Origin: Acidimicrobiales bacterium
GTDB taxonomy: Bacteria > Actinomycetota > Acidimicrobiia > Acidimicrobiales > Aldehydirespiratoraceae
NCBI GenBank assembly: GCA_041394245.1
Contig: JAWKIR010000004.1
Span: 2,797-66,796, forward strand
Direction of reading: 5' to 3'
Length of the DNA: 64,000 bases
Part shown: positions 26,083 to 34,597 of the stretch, piece by piece
Numbering within the stretch: the stretch's first letter is position 1
Layout of the letters: every line of letters begins with the position of its first letter
Notes under the pieces: generated by a model
Databases searched by the model: none
What the model was told of the DNA's origin: nothing
Seen by the model: the letters and a program-made list of their open reading frames with translations, nothing else
Translations under genes and position numbers: made by a program

Positions 26083-27951
26083 GTGCATGTGATCTTCGCC
26101 GCAGCACAGTCGATCGACCCGAATCCGTTCCTGCTCACGCTGGCCCTGGCCGCGGTCGTAGGTGCCGGCGCGGTGCTCGTCGTGCTGTGGGCGACCACCC
26201 GGCCGCCGCGCCCGGAGGTCGGATCCGTCACGATGGATGTCGGCGCGGAGCCGCCGGCGATCGTGGATCTCCTGACCGGTGGGTTCGAGGTGGAGGACGA
26301 TGCGGTGCCCGCCACCGTGGTCGACCTCGCCGCCCGGCGATGGTTCGACATCGAGGAAGTGGCCGGCGGCAATGTGATCGTGCGCCTCCGTCGACGCGAG
26401 GGCAAGGGTGAACTGGCTCGCTACGAGGCGCGGGTCATGCGTCACGTCGAGCAACATGCCGTGGACGGCGTCGCCCCTGCCGCCGCGCTCACCGTCGGCC
26501 CCGAGGGTGTGTCGAAACGATGGTGGAGGGGATTCGTCCGCGAGGTCACTCGTCACGGTCGCGATCTCGGCCTGTGCCGTCGGCGGTGGGACTTCGTCCA
26601 TCTCGCCATCCTGTGGGTGCCGATCGTCGTGGCGTTCGCTCTGCTGTACCTCACGGTGGCCACGGCCGAGCGGGTGGAGGCGGCCGGCGGCTGGGGGGAG
26701 CCCGGCTCGGTGCTCGCCACCGTCGGATTCGCAGCTGCGATCGCGATTGCGGCCATCGCCCGCCGGATCACCAGGTCCGACGCGCAGGCCGAAACGGCCG
26801 CCGGGATGGAGGCAGCCTCGCGCTGGCTCGGCGTGCGCGAGTACCTGGCCCAGACGGGCTCGTTCGACGAGGCCGGCGCCGCCTCGGTGGCGATCTGGGA
26901 GCGACAGCTCGCCTACGCGACGGCGATGGGTCTGGCTCCGGTCGTGCAACGCCAGCTCCCGTTCGAGACCGAACACGACCGTCATGCATGGAGCCTCGCC
27001 ACCGGTCGATGGCGACGGGTCAAGATCCGCTACGTGTCGCTGCGCCCCGGCTGGGGCGAACCGCCATGGTGGGTTGCCATCGGTGGCGCCGTGCAGACGG
27101 CGCTGCTCGGTGTGGTGGTGTGGGTGGGTCTGTCGCTGGCCAGGGAGGACTTCGACCTCGGCGACTTGCCCGACGGCGCGCAGACATGGCTTCCCGTCGC
27201 GGGCACCGTCGCTGCGGCCATCGCCGCTGTCGTCATCGTGTGGACCGCCGCGAAGGCGGTGTTGGGTGTGCTCGACCTCTTCCCCCGCCGCGAGATCGAG
27301 GGTGTACTGGTCCGACGCCGCGAGTACCGGACCGGCCATCGCCTGCCCAAGGTCGTCCAGTGGGCGATCTGGTCCGGACGCGACTCCGGGGGCATCTCGC
27401 GAGATCAACGACGCCGGCGGCGGTACATGCTGGCCATCGACGACGGAACCGACGAACGCATCGTCGCGTACCGGTGCCGGCGTTCGGTGTTCGACGCAGT
27501 GCAGCAGGGGGCGACGGTGAAGGCGAAGGTGACCCCACGGCTGGGCTATGTCGCGTCCATCGAGCAGCGGCGGGCCCCGCTCACCGGCGGCGAACCCGCC
27601 GTCGTCCACGAACTCGTCGAAGACATGACCGGGCGGGCCACGGCCGCGGCCGGAGCGTTCGCCGCCCAGGTCGCCGAACGGTTCGGTCAACTCGAACACA
27701 TGACCGACGAGGATGGCCGACCGGTGCTCGATCGGCGCGACGAGAACGGTCGTTCGATGCGAGAGGCGTTGACCGGGGCGCAGGAGCAACTCCGGGGACT
27801 CCAGGTCCCGACGACCGGTGTCGGCCCGCGAGACTCCGCGGGAGCGAGCGTCCTCGGGGGGTTGATGAGCAGTGTCGCGGAGGTCGTCCGCCGTCTCGAG
27901 GAGCCGGGCGACACGACGGTCGACGACCCGTCGACGCATCCGTCGGAGTGA
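26083..27951 (+). CDS. multi-pass membrane protein, DUF2207-C-terminal-like
   Basis: GTG start after GGGGAG. PPAIVDLLTGG...VVDLAARRWFDIEE pattern, then four or more TM helices and a soluble C-terminal region. Confidence 0.55.
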   Translation: MHVIFAAAQSIDPNPFLLTLALAAVVGAGAVLVVLWATTRPPRPEVGSVTMDVGAEPPAIVDLLTGGFEVEDDAVPATVVDLAARRWFDIEEVAGGNVIVRLRRREGKGELARYEARVMRHVEQHAVDGVAPAAALTVGPEGVSKRWWRGFVREVTRHGRDLGLCRRRWDFVHLAILWVPIVVAFALLYLTVATAERVEAAGGWGEPGSVLATVGFAAAIAIAAIARRITRSDAQAETAAGMEAASRWLGVREYLAQTGSFDEAGAASVAIWERQLAYATAMGLAPVVQRQLPFETEHDRHAWSLATGRWRRVKIRYVSLRPGWGEPPWWVAIGGAVQTALLGVVVWVGLSLAREDFDLGDLPDGAQTWLPVAGTVAAAIAAVVIVWTAAKAVLGVLDLFPRREIEGVLVRRREYRTGHRLPKVVQWAIWSGRDSGGISRDQRRRRRYMLAIDDGTDERIVAYRCRRSVFDAVQQGATVKAKVTPRLGYVASIEQRRAPLTGGEPAVVHELVEDMTGRATAAAGAFAAQVAERFGQLEHMTDEDGRPVLDRRDENGRSMREALTGAQEQLRGLQVPTTGVGPRDSAGASVLGGLMSSVAEVVRRLEEPGDTTVDDPSTHPSE

Positions 27952-27954
27952 CCA

Positions 27955-29685
27955 GTGCCTGATCCGGGACCGATGGCTCGGTGGATCCCGGGTCTGGCGC
28001 GTCTGCGTACGCCCACGCCAGGCGGCCTGCGGGCCGATCTCGTCGCCGGCCTCGCGGTCACATCGCTGCTGATCCCGCACGGGATGGCCTACGCCGAACT
28101 GGCCGGTGTCCCCGCGGTGACGGGTCTCTACACGACGGTGTTGGCGCTGATCGCCTACGCCCTGTTCGGGCCGTCGCGGCTGCTGATGCTGGGGCCCGAC
28201 TCGGCGCTCGCCCCGCTCATCGCCGCAGCGATCGTGCTCGTGGGGGCCGACGGCGACCCGGGCCAGGCGGTCGCCGCCGCCGGAATGCTGGCCCTGCTCA
28301 CCGGCGCGGTGTGCCTTGCCGCGGGTCTGGCTCGGCTGGGCACTCTGGCCGAGTTGCTGTCACGGCCGGTGCGGGTCGGTTACCTCAACGGGCTGGCGAT
28401 CGTGATGGTCGTCAGCCAACTCCCGAAGCTGCTCGGTTTCGCCACCGACGGCGACACGACCCTCGAGACTGCGATCGACGTGGTCGAGGGCGTGGCCGAC
28501 GGGGCGACCGACACCACCACTCTCGTGGTCGGGCTCGCCAGCCTCGCGGTGATCGCGGCGTTGTACGTGCGCTCGCCGCGCGCGCCGGGGGTGCTGGTCG
28601 CCGTGGCCGGGGCGACGTTCGCGGTGGCGGTGTTCGATCTCGACATCGCCATCATCGGCGAGGTGCCGTCGGGGTTCCCGCGACCCGATTGGCCCGGGAT
28701 CGAGGCCGGCGACGTGGCGCCCCTGCTCGGTTCGGCCGTCGGCATCGCCTTGCTGACGCTGAGCGACACCTCCGCATTGTCGCGAGGTTTCGCGTCCCGC
28801 CACGGGCAACCGGTCGATCCCAACCGGGAGATCGCGGCGTTGGGGATCGCCAACCTGTCGGTCGGGGTGTTCCAGGGCTTCCCGGTCAGCGCCAGCACCA
28901 CCCGGACGACGGTCGCCGAGGTGGCCGGCGGGCAGTCGCAGCTGGTGGGTGTCATCGGCGCGGTGCTCGTGTTCGCGCTCGTCGCGCTCGGGAGCGGCCT
29001 CGTGCACGACGTGCCGTCGGCCGCGCTGGCTGCGATCGTCATCGCCGCGGGCGTGCGGCTCTTCGACCTCGCAGCCTGGCGATGGTTGCTCTCGGCCCGC
29101 CGCAGCGAGTTCCTCCTGTCGCTGACCGCGACGGTCGGTGTGGTCGTCATCGGTGTGCTCGAAGGGATCGTCGTCGCCACGATGCTGTCGCTGGGCGTCT
29201 TCATCCGACGCGTGTGGCGTCCACACGACGCCGTGCTCGGCCGGGTGGAGGGTCGCAAGGGCTACCACGACCTGGGGCGTCACCCCGACGCTCGCCAGGT
29301 CCCGGGGCTGCTGCTCTTCCGTTTCGACGCACCCCTCTTCTTCGCCAACGCCGATCACTTCGCCCGTCGGGTGTGGCTGGGGATCGACGCTGCCGCTGAT
29401 CCGGTGCGTCGGGTAGTGGTGGCGGCCGAGCCGATGTCCGACATCGACACCACCGGTGCCGAGGTCCTGTCGCGTCTGCTCGACGAGCTCGACGAGGCCA
29501 ACATCACGCTGGTGTTCGCCGGCCTCAAAGGCCCGGTCAAGGACCGTCTGCACCGCTACGGCCTGTACGAACGGATCGGGGCCGGTGGTTTCCACTCCAC
29601 CCTCGGCCGCGCCGTGCAGGACTATGTCGACGCGAGCGGGGTCGAGTGGGTCGACTGGGAGGAACGTCCCGAGACTCCCGACTGA
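27955..29685 (+). CDS. SulP-family anion transporter with C-terminal STAS domain
   Basis: DLVAGLAVTSLLIPHGMAYAELAG SulP signature region, more than 10 TM segments, and a STAS-like tail (LLFRFDAPLFFANA). Start is GTG 27955 or ATG 27973. Confidence 0.9.
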   Translation: MPDPGPMARWIPGLARLRTPTPGGLRADLVAGLAVTSLLIPHGMAYAELAGVPAVTGLYTTVLALIAYALFGPSRLLMLGPDSALAPLIAAAIVLVGADGDPGQAVAAAGMLALLTGAVCLAAGLARLGTLAELLSRPVRVGYLNGLAIVMVVSQLPKLLGFATDGDTTLETAIDVVEGVADGATDTTTLVVGLASLAVIAALYVRSPRAPGVLVAVAGATFAVAVFDLDIAIIGEVPSGFPRPDWPGIEAGDVAPLLGSAVGIALLTLSDTSALSRGFASRHGQPVDPNREIAALGIANLSVGVFQGFPVSASTTRTTVAEVAGGQSQLVGVIGAVLVFALVALGSGLVHDVPSAALAAIVIAAGVRLFDLAAWRWLLSARRSEFLLSLTATVGVVVIGVLEGIVVATMLSLGVFIRRVWRPHDAVLGRVEGRKGYHDLGRHPDARQVPGLLLFRFDAPLFFANADHFARRVWLGIDAAADPVRRVVVAAEPMSDIDTTGAEVLSRLLDELDEANITLVFAGLKGPVKDRLHRYGLYERIGAGGFHSTLGRAVQDYVDASGVEWVDWEERPETPD

Positions 29686-29712
29686 TCCTCGGACCGCCCG
29701 TGTCGAGGTCGA

Positions 29713-30288
29713 TCAGAGGTCGCCGAGGAGATCGGCGAGGAGACGGGCGGCGTCGGGATCGAGCACGACGGTGCGGTCGAACGCGTCGGTGTGGAGACGA
29801 AGTCGTACGGAGTCGTCCTCGCGGGCGACGCCGATCCCGCGCCAGCGTGGGTCGTCGATCAGCGGGCCGGTGGTGCGGCCCGGCCTGTCGCCCAGGGCGA
29901 TGCGAACCCGCTCCGCCAGCCGGTGGGCGCCCGGATGGGGCAGATCGGCGCGTACCGGCAGTCGACCCCTGGTGAGAAAGATGACCGATGGTCTCGACGG
30001 CCGGGACAGGAGGACCAGACCAGTGGCGCCGCGCTGCTGCCAGGCGCTGCGGGGAACGAAGCGGGCGCCACCTCGTCGGAGGACGTCGATGTCCTCGGCG
30101 AAGAGCTCGTCGCTGTCCGGAACCGGAATCGCATTGCGTTCCCCGGCCCGCAGAGTGGTGATCGACAGTCCGCGCATGGGGTCCCGCGGCCGTGTCCGGC
30201 GCCTCGGGCGAGGCTCCCGCAGCTGTGCGATGGCGCGCTGGAGTTCGGTGCGGTTGTCGTAGGGACCCGAACTGCGGTCGTCGGACAT
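29713..30288 (-). CDS. hypothetical protein (191 aa)
   Basis: GC3-rich frame starting at MSDDRSSG (ATG 30288). No family recognised. The opposite-strand ORF 29791..30315 looks non-coding. Confidence 0.5.
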   Translation of the reverse strand: MSDDRSSGPYDNRTELQRAIAQLREPRPRRRTRPRDPMRGLSITTLRAGERNAIPVPDSDELFAEDIDVLRRGGARFVPRSAWQQRGATGLVLLSRPSRPSVIFLTRGRLPVRADLPHPGAHRLAERVRIALGDRPGRTTGPLIDDPRWRGIGVAREDDSVRLRLHTDAFDRTVVLDPDAARLLADLLGDL

Positions 30289-30301
30289 CGATCGAGTGGG
30301 C

Positions 30302-30430
30302 TCAGCTGCCCGTGAGTCGCAGGGCAAGTCGGACCGCGGCGACGACCGCGGCCCAGCTGGCAAGTGCGAGTCCTGCGATGACCACCGCCCGTCGTCGTCG
30401 CTGCCGCCAGGTCTCGTGTCGTTCCGCCAT
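30302..30430 (-). CDS. possible small membrane protein (42 aa)
   Basis: Hand translation: MAERHETWRQRRRRAVVIAGLALASWAAVVAAVRLALRLTGS. One TM helix after an Arg-rich segment. Below the ORF-track cut-off. Ends 13 nt before the next gene start. Confidence 0.25.
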   Translation of the reverse strand: MAERHETWRQRRRRAVVIAGLALASWAAVVAAVRLALRLTGS

Positions 30431-30451
30431 GTGGGAATTGTCGCTCGTTGC

Positions 30452-30473
30452 TGTGACATCCGGGAGTGTCACA
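30452..30473. promoter_or_regulatory. inverted repeat TGTGACA-N8-TGTCACA (candidate operator)
   Basis: Read directly from the sequence. Lies in the 110-nt divergent region upstream of the sigma-like gene. Confidence 0.45.
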
Positions 30474-30494
30474 CCCCCTCTGCATCATGGGGAT

Positions 30495-30516
30495 CGTGAC
30501 ATCGGGGGATGTCACG
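30495..30516. promoter_or_regulatory. perfect palindrome CGTGACATC-GGGG-GATGTCACG (candidate operator)
   Basis: 9-4-9 perfect inverted repeat, 25 nt upstream of ATG 30541. Shares the GTGACA half-site with the 30452 repeat; the centres are 43 nt apart. Confidence 0.55.
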
Positions 30517-30540
30517 GACTTCCCCGACTGAGGAGATGCA

Positions 30541-31218
30541 ATGGTTGAACAGGCGATGAACGAATCCGACGACCCCCTGAATCAGGTGATGGCGGGCATG
30601 GCCGCGGGCGATGCTGCGTTCCTGTTCGCCTTCGTCGACGAGTTCGGTCTCAAGGTGCGCTGGGTGGTGCGCTCCATCCTCGAGGGGATGGGTCGCCACG
30701 ACGTCGTGCGCAATGCCGATGAGCTCGATGGGCTCACGCTCGACGCGTGCGACGTGATCTTCCGTCGGGCCGGTGGGTGGAAGCCCGGCGGCGCGGCGCC
30801 GTGGAACTGGGCGTTCAAGGCGATCCGGGCCGACGTGGCTCGCTCGATCGGTCATCGGGTCGTGGAGCTCGGCACCGACGACGATCGCGACGGCGAAGTG
30901 GAATCCCACGGCGACGTGGTGTTCGACTCCGCCGTCGACGATCTGGCGGTGCTGATCGGGCGACATCCACGGGTCGGGGTGCTCGACCGGGCGATCCGCT
31001 CGGTCGGTTCCGAACGCGATCAACTCGTGTACTGGGAGTACCGGATCCAGCAGGGTATGGGCGATCCGTCGCCGGCTCATACGGTGGGCGCGAGGTTCGG
31101 GCTGAAGCCCGACAACGTGCGCCAGCTGTGTCGGCGCCACGGCAAGAAGGTGTGGTCCCTCGTCGAAACCGATCCCGACTTCGCCGAGCTCCGCGATCAT
31201 GGATGGTTCGCCGCATGA
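30541..31218 (+). CDS. sigma-70-family (ECF-like) RNA polymerase sigma factor-like protein
   Basis: Region-2-like segment (...DELDGLTLDACDVIFRR...PWNWAFKAIRADVAR) and region-4-like HTH (SERDQLVYWEY...VGARFGLKPDNVRQLCRRHGKKV). GAGGAG RBS. Confidence 0.55.
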   Translation: MVEQAMNESDDPLNQVMAGMAAGDAAFLFAFVDEFGLKVRWVVRSILEGMGRHDVVRNADELDGLTLDACDVIFRRAGGWKPGGAAPWNWAFKAIRADVARSIGHRVVELGTDDDRDGEVESHGDVVFDSAVDDLAVLIGRHPRVGVLDRAIRSVGSERDQLVYWEYRIQQGMGDPSPAHTVGARFGLKPDNVRQLCRRHGKKVWSLVETDPDFAELRDHGWFAA

Positions 31219-31532
31219 GCGGCATCGATCCGACCGTCGTCATCGAACGCATGGCCCGGCGGCTCAGAGCCGACCGTGCGCCGCATCCGGTTGCCGGTGC
31301 GGTCGCGCTCGCGGCTCGGGGACACACCTGCCTGACGCTGCACGAGTTCGCCGCTGTGGTGGATCTGCCGGCGGCGACGGTCAGATCGGCCGAGCTCGGC
31401 TGTGTCGCGTTCGGCGAACTCCCATCGGCGATCGGTGCGCAGGCGGGGGAGACGGGTGCCGACCTTCTCTCCCTCGCCGATCTCGAAGTCGAATGGCGCA
31501 GCGGCCCACCGGCCAGCGCGGCCGCCCCGTGA
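31215..31532 (+). CDS. small HTH-domain protein (105 aa)
   Basis: ATGA overlap with the sigma-like gene. LTLHEFAAVVDLPAATVRSAELG resembles an XRE-type HTH. Confidence 0.45.
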   Translation: MSGIDPTVVIERMARRLRADRAPHPVAGAVALAARGHTCLTLHEFAAVVDLPAATVRSAELGCVAFGELPSAIGAQAGETGADLLSLADLEVEWRSGPPASAAAP

Positions 31533-31605
31533 CCGAGCTTTTGGGCTGTCCAGCGGCGCCTGAGCTGCGTGCGGCGGCCGCGGCTGGACGCCGCAGAGGT
31601 CGCGA

Positions 31606-32421
31606 TCAGAGTGTCATCGAACCCGATGGCGAGTTGATTCTGGCCCGCAAGGGAGCGATGTCGATCCTGAGGTTGCCGCGATCGGCGGCACTCTTGGGCT
31701 GAGACTCGGACAAGTGTGTGGCCAGCACTTCCCTGACTCCGGGATCGCCCCGCTCGATGTGATCGGCGATCGAGCGATGGAACGAGAGGGCGTCTCGGCG
31801 CTCGGCCATAGTCGGATGGTTGCCCGCGTGGACGACCTCGGACACCCAGCGATGCTCGTGTGCAGACCACAGGCGCTCGAGAGCTCCGGTGACGAGGCTC
31901 AACGCGCCGTTGCCACAGTTGGCCACGAGCGCCTCGTGGAACTCGCGTGACAGCGCAACCGCCGAGATCGCGTCGTCGAGCTGTTCCTCCATGCCATCGT
32001 TCAATCTCGTGAGCAGGGGAACGACGGCTTCCGCTCGGTCTTCGCGCAGGGCGCAGAACACTGCACACTCGGGTTCGAGGACTCGGATCGCATCGCCCAC
32101 CTCGCCGAGGGTGACACTGTCGGCGGTGAGGACGAGGCCCAAGGTGTAGGCCGCCGACGCACTGGTCGGGAGGTGGATGTCCGATCCGCCGACATTGCCG
32201 CGACGCACGGTGATGAGGCCCTCCGCCTCCAGAATCGCGAGGGCCTCGCGGATCGAAGCCTTTCCGACCCCGAAGCGGGCCCGCAGCTCGTCCTCCTTCG
32301 GGAGGTGGTCGCGCAACGAGCGGTCGAGGATGTCCTCGCGGATGGCGTCGGCGACCAGCTCAGAGGTCTTCATCGGTCGTACGCTGCGTTGTTCGGCCGC
32401 CGTCGACGGTTCGGAATTCAT
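31606..32421 (-). CDS. GntR-family transcriptional regulator, FadR/FCD subfamily
   Basis: Winged-HTH LPKEDELRARFGVGKASIREALAILEAEGLITVRRG plus an all-helical C-terminal FCD-like domain. Confidence 0.85.
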   Translation of the reverse strand: MNSEPSTAAEQRSVRPMKTSELVADAIREDILDRSLRDHLPKEDELRARFGVGKASIREALAILEAEGLITVRRGNVGGSDIHLPTSASAAYTLGLVLTADSVTLGEVGDAIRVLEPECAVFCALREDRAEAVVPLLTRLNDGMEEQLDDAISAVALSREFHEALVANCGNGALSLVTGALERLWSAHEHRWVSEVVHAGNHPTMAERRDALSFHRSIADHIERGDPGVREVLATHLSESQPKSAADRGNLRIDIAPLRARINSPSGSMTL

Positions 32422-32478
32422 CTCGTTGGTTCCTCAAGCGGTGCTAGGGCCGACAATCGGCGATGTGCGGATCCCGCC

Positions 32479-32496
32479 ATCATTCGTACCATATGC
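32479..32496. promoter_or_regulatory. AT-rich box copy 1: ATCAT-tcgt-ACCAT-atgc
   Basis: 58 nt upstream of the GntR start codon. Same architecture as the other four boxes. Confidence 0.5.
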
Positions 32497-32772
32497 ACGT
32501 CGCGTCCTGACGGCCCGATCGTTGCTCGGCGCCGACGCGCCGAGGCGCATTCTCCGGTTCCGGGTGGTAGCGGTTGCTGCAAGGGCCAGGCGGCAAGGGT
32601 GCCAAGCGAGACCCGACCCGGTCCCTGCCGGTGCGCCCGACGGGTCCGAAGCCATGTCGGAGACACGGCGAGATGTGGCAAGGGACGCTGCGACGGACTC
32701 GGTCGATGCGATGAGGGGATCATCATCGGAGTCATGCTCGAGGGCATGAGTTGCGCTCCAGTCGACAGGCAT

Positions 32773-32795
32773 ATCATCAGTATGATACGAATCAT
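32773..32795. promoter_or_regulatory. AT-rich box copy 2: ATCAT-cagt-ATGAT-acga-ATCAT
   Basis: Three half-sites spaced 9 nt apart, about 50 nt upstream of the SBP gene ATG. Confidence 0.6.
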
Positions 32796-32845
32796 ACGCC
32801 CACCGCACTGGTACGGGCCGTAGATCATCTCGTGAGGGGAAGTTG

Positions 32846-34513
32846 ATGAGGAACGTCCGATACTGGGTGTGCCTGTTGTTGGCGCTGATGCTGATTGCCG
32901 CATCGTGTGGTGACGACGACTCGGGCACCGCCGACGACATCGGCGGTGACAGTGGTGACAGCGGTGGCTCCGGCGACGCTGAAGACAGTGGGGACTCCGG
33001 CGACGCCGGTGACGCGACCGAGTGCACGGCAGAGAACGTCGGCGGTGATTTGACCTTCGGAACTTTCGCCCCGACGGCGGGTCTCGATCCGGTCCAGATC
33101 ACGGGCGGCGGCACGTCGGGCGAGATCGAGAGCGTGGCGGTGTTCGACACGCTCGTGCGCTACGACCAGGCGTTGAACGACTTCGTGCCCCACATGGCCG
33201 AGTCGGTCGAACCCAACGACGACTACTCCGAGTGGACGGTTGTGCTCCGTCCAGGTATCTCCTTCTCGAACGGCGATGCTCTCGACGCCACCGCGGTGAA
33301 GGCGAGTATCGAGCGACACACCGCCGAAGACAGCACCTCTCGGCTTCGCGGTCTCGTCGCCGGCAACGTGGTGGCCATCGAGATCGTCGACGATCTCACC
33401 CTCTCGTTCGAGCTCGCGGAGTCCTGGCCGAAGTTCCCGTACCTGCTGAGCCGCCCGCCCGGAATGATCACGAATGAAGCCGTCGTTGCCGATGTCGGCG
33501 CCGAGGCATTCCAGCTCGATCCGGCCGGCGGTGGTGCGGGTCCGTACACCGTCGCTCGTTTCGTGCCGAACGAGGAACTCGTTCTCGAGGCCCGGGCCGA
33601 TTACTGGGGTGGCCCGGTGTGCATCGAAACGCTTCGTTTCATCTGGGTGCCCGGGGGGCAGGGAACCTGGGAGGCTTTCCAGTCCGGTGAGATCCAGGCC
33701 GGGTTCCTTCGGGAGCCGGCCGCGAACGCCGACGCGATCGATGCCGGTGTCGACGTCTTCCGCTACCTCAAGAACGCAGGTGGCATCGTCGTTGCGAACA
33801 ACGGTGCGAGAGGTTCGGACACGCCGACGTCGGACGTTCGGCTCCGCCGAGCGCTCCAGTTGGCGATCGATCCGGTGCTGTTCGACGATCGCGTGAATGA
33901 TGGTGAGAGCCTCCCGACATCCGCGGTCGTCCACCCCGACAGCATCTTGTCGACGGGAGCCGAAGGCTTGCCCTACGATCCCGACGCTGCTGCGGCGCTG
34001 GTCGAGGAAGTGAAGGCCGAGGGCGAGTGGGACGGTTCCATCCGTCTGTACTGCCACAACGCTCCGAGTCGTGCCGACTGGCCAATCGCCATGGAGGCGC
34101 AGCTCGAAGCGGTCGGCTTCGACGTCGAGGTGAAGAACGACTGGGACATCCACTCGATGATCAAGGCGGTGCTCATCGATGGTGACTTCGACCTGGCGTG
34201 CTGGGGTTTCAACATCGAAGAGGAGATTCCCTACAACGCCATGCAGCTGAATTTCACGACGGACAATCCCTCGAACTTCATCGGCTACTCGAATGCCGAG
34301 ATGGATCAGGCGATCGCCGATCTGAAGGCTGCGGACTCGCTCGAAGCGGAACAGGCAGCGATCGCGGACATCCAGGAGGTCTGGAACGAGACCGTGCCCA
34401 GCCCGATCTACGAGGCGCTCGAGGAGATGATCATTGCCGACGATTCGGTCCGGGGTCTTCTCAGCGGTTCTGCAGCCAGCGTGGTGTTCAGCGACGCGTA
34501 CCTCGTCGGCTGA
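32846..34513 (+). CDS. ABC transporter substrate-binding lipoprotein, family 5 (peptide/nickel/opine type)
   Basis: Signal peptide plus LIAASC lipobox, then an acidic GDS-rich linker. Family-5 SBP length and pattern. ATG 32846 (the track starts at TTG 32843). Confidence 0.85.
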   Translation: MRNVRYWVCLLLALMLIAASCGDDDSGTADDIGGDSGDSGGSGDAEDSGDSGDAGDATECTAENVGGDLTFGTFAPTAGLDPVQITGGGTSGEIESVAVFDTLVRYDQALNDFVPHMAESVEPNDDYSEWTVVLRPGISFSNGDALDATAVKASIERHTAEDSTSRLRGLVAGNVVAIEIVDDLTLSFELAESWPKFPYLLSRPPGMITNEAVVADVGAEAFQLDPAGGGAGPYTVARFVPNEELVLEARADYWGGPVCIETLRFIWVPGGQGTWEAFQSGEIQAGFLREPAANADAIDAGVDVFRYLKNAGGIVVANNGARGSDTPTSDVRLRRALQLAIDPVLFDDRVNDGESLPTSAVVHPDSILSTGAEGLPYDPDAAAALVEEVKAEGEWDGSIRLYCHNAPSRADWPIAMEAQLEAVGFDVEVKNDWDIHSMIKAVLIDGDFDLACWGFNIEEEIPYNAMQLNFTTDNPSNFIGYSNAEMDQAIADLKAADSLEAEQAAIADIQEVWNETVPSPIYEALEEMIIADDSVRGLLSGSAASVVFSDAYLVG

Positions 34514-34556
34514 GACGGGGCGTCGGGCGATGTGCGCTGAGGTGCTCACGCCGAAC

Positions 34557-34589
34557 GGTCGGAGGACCCCTCGTGGGGGTCCTCCGACC
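34557..34589 (+). terminator. 14-bp perfect stem-loop between the SBP and permease genes (possible partial terminator or mRNA-stabilising hairpin)
   Basis: GGTCGGAGGACCCC-tcgtg-GGGGTCCTCCGACC. There is no T-tract. Confidence 0.4.
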
Positions 34590-34597
34590 GGAGCGCC

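Noticed and set aside
25180-28080. 966-aa minus-strand ORF
   Set aside because: Only its last 230 codons (the methyltransferase, 25180..25872) look like protein. The rest is Arg/Gly/Pro-rich antisense shadow of the DUF2207-like gene, as expected for long open frames in GC-rich DNA.
32497-32772. GC-rich ~270-nt spacer between the two boxes in the 420-nt GntR/SBP intergenic region (possible leader, riboswitch or 31-aa ORF starting ATG ~32654)
   Set aside because: I recognise no riboswitch fold or conserved motif. The small ORF has no RBS and a poor coding look. It cannot be supported from sequence alone.
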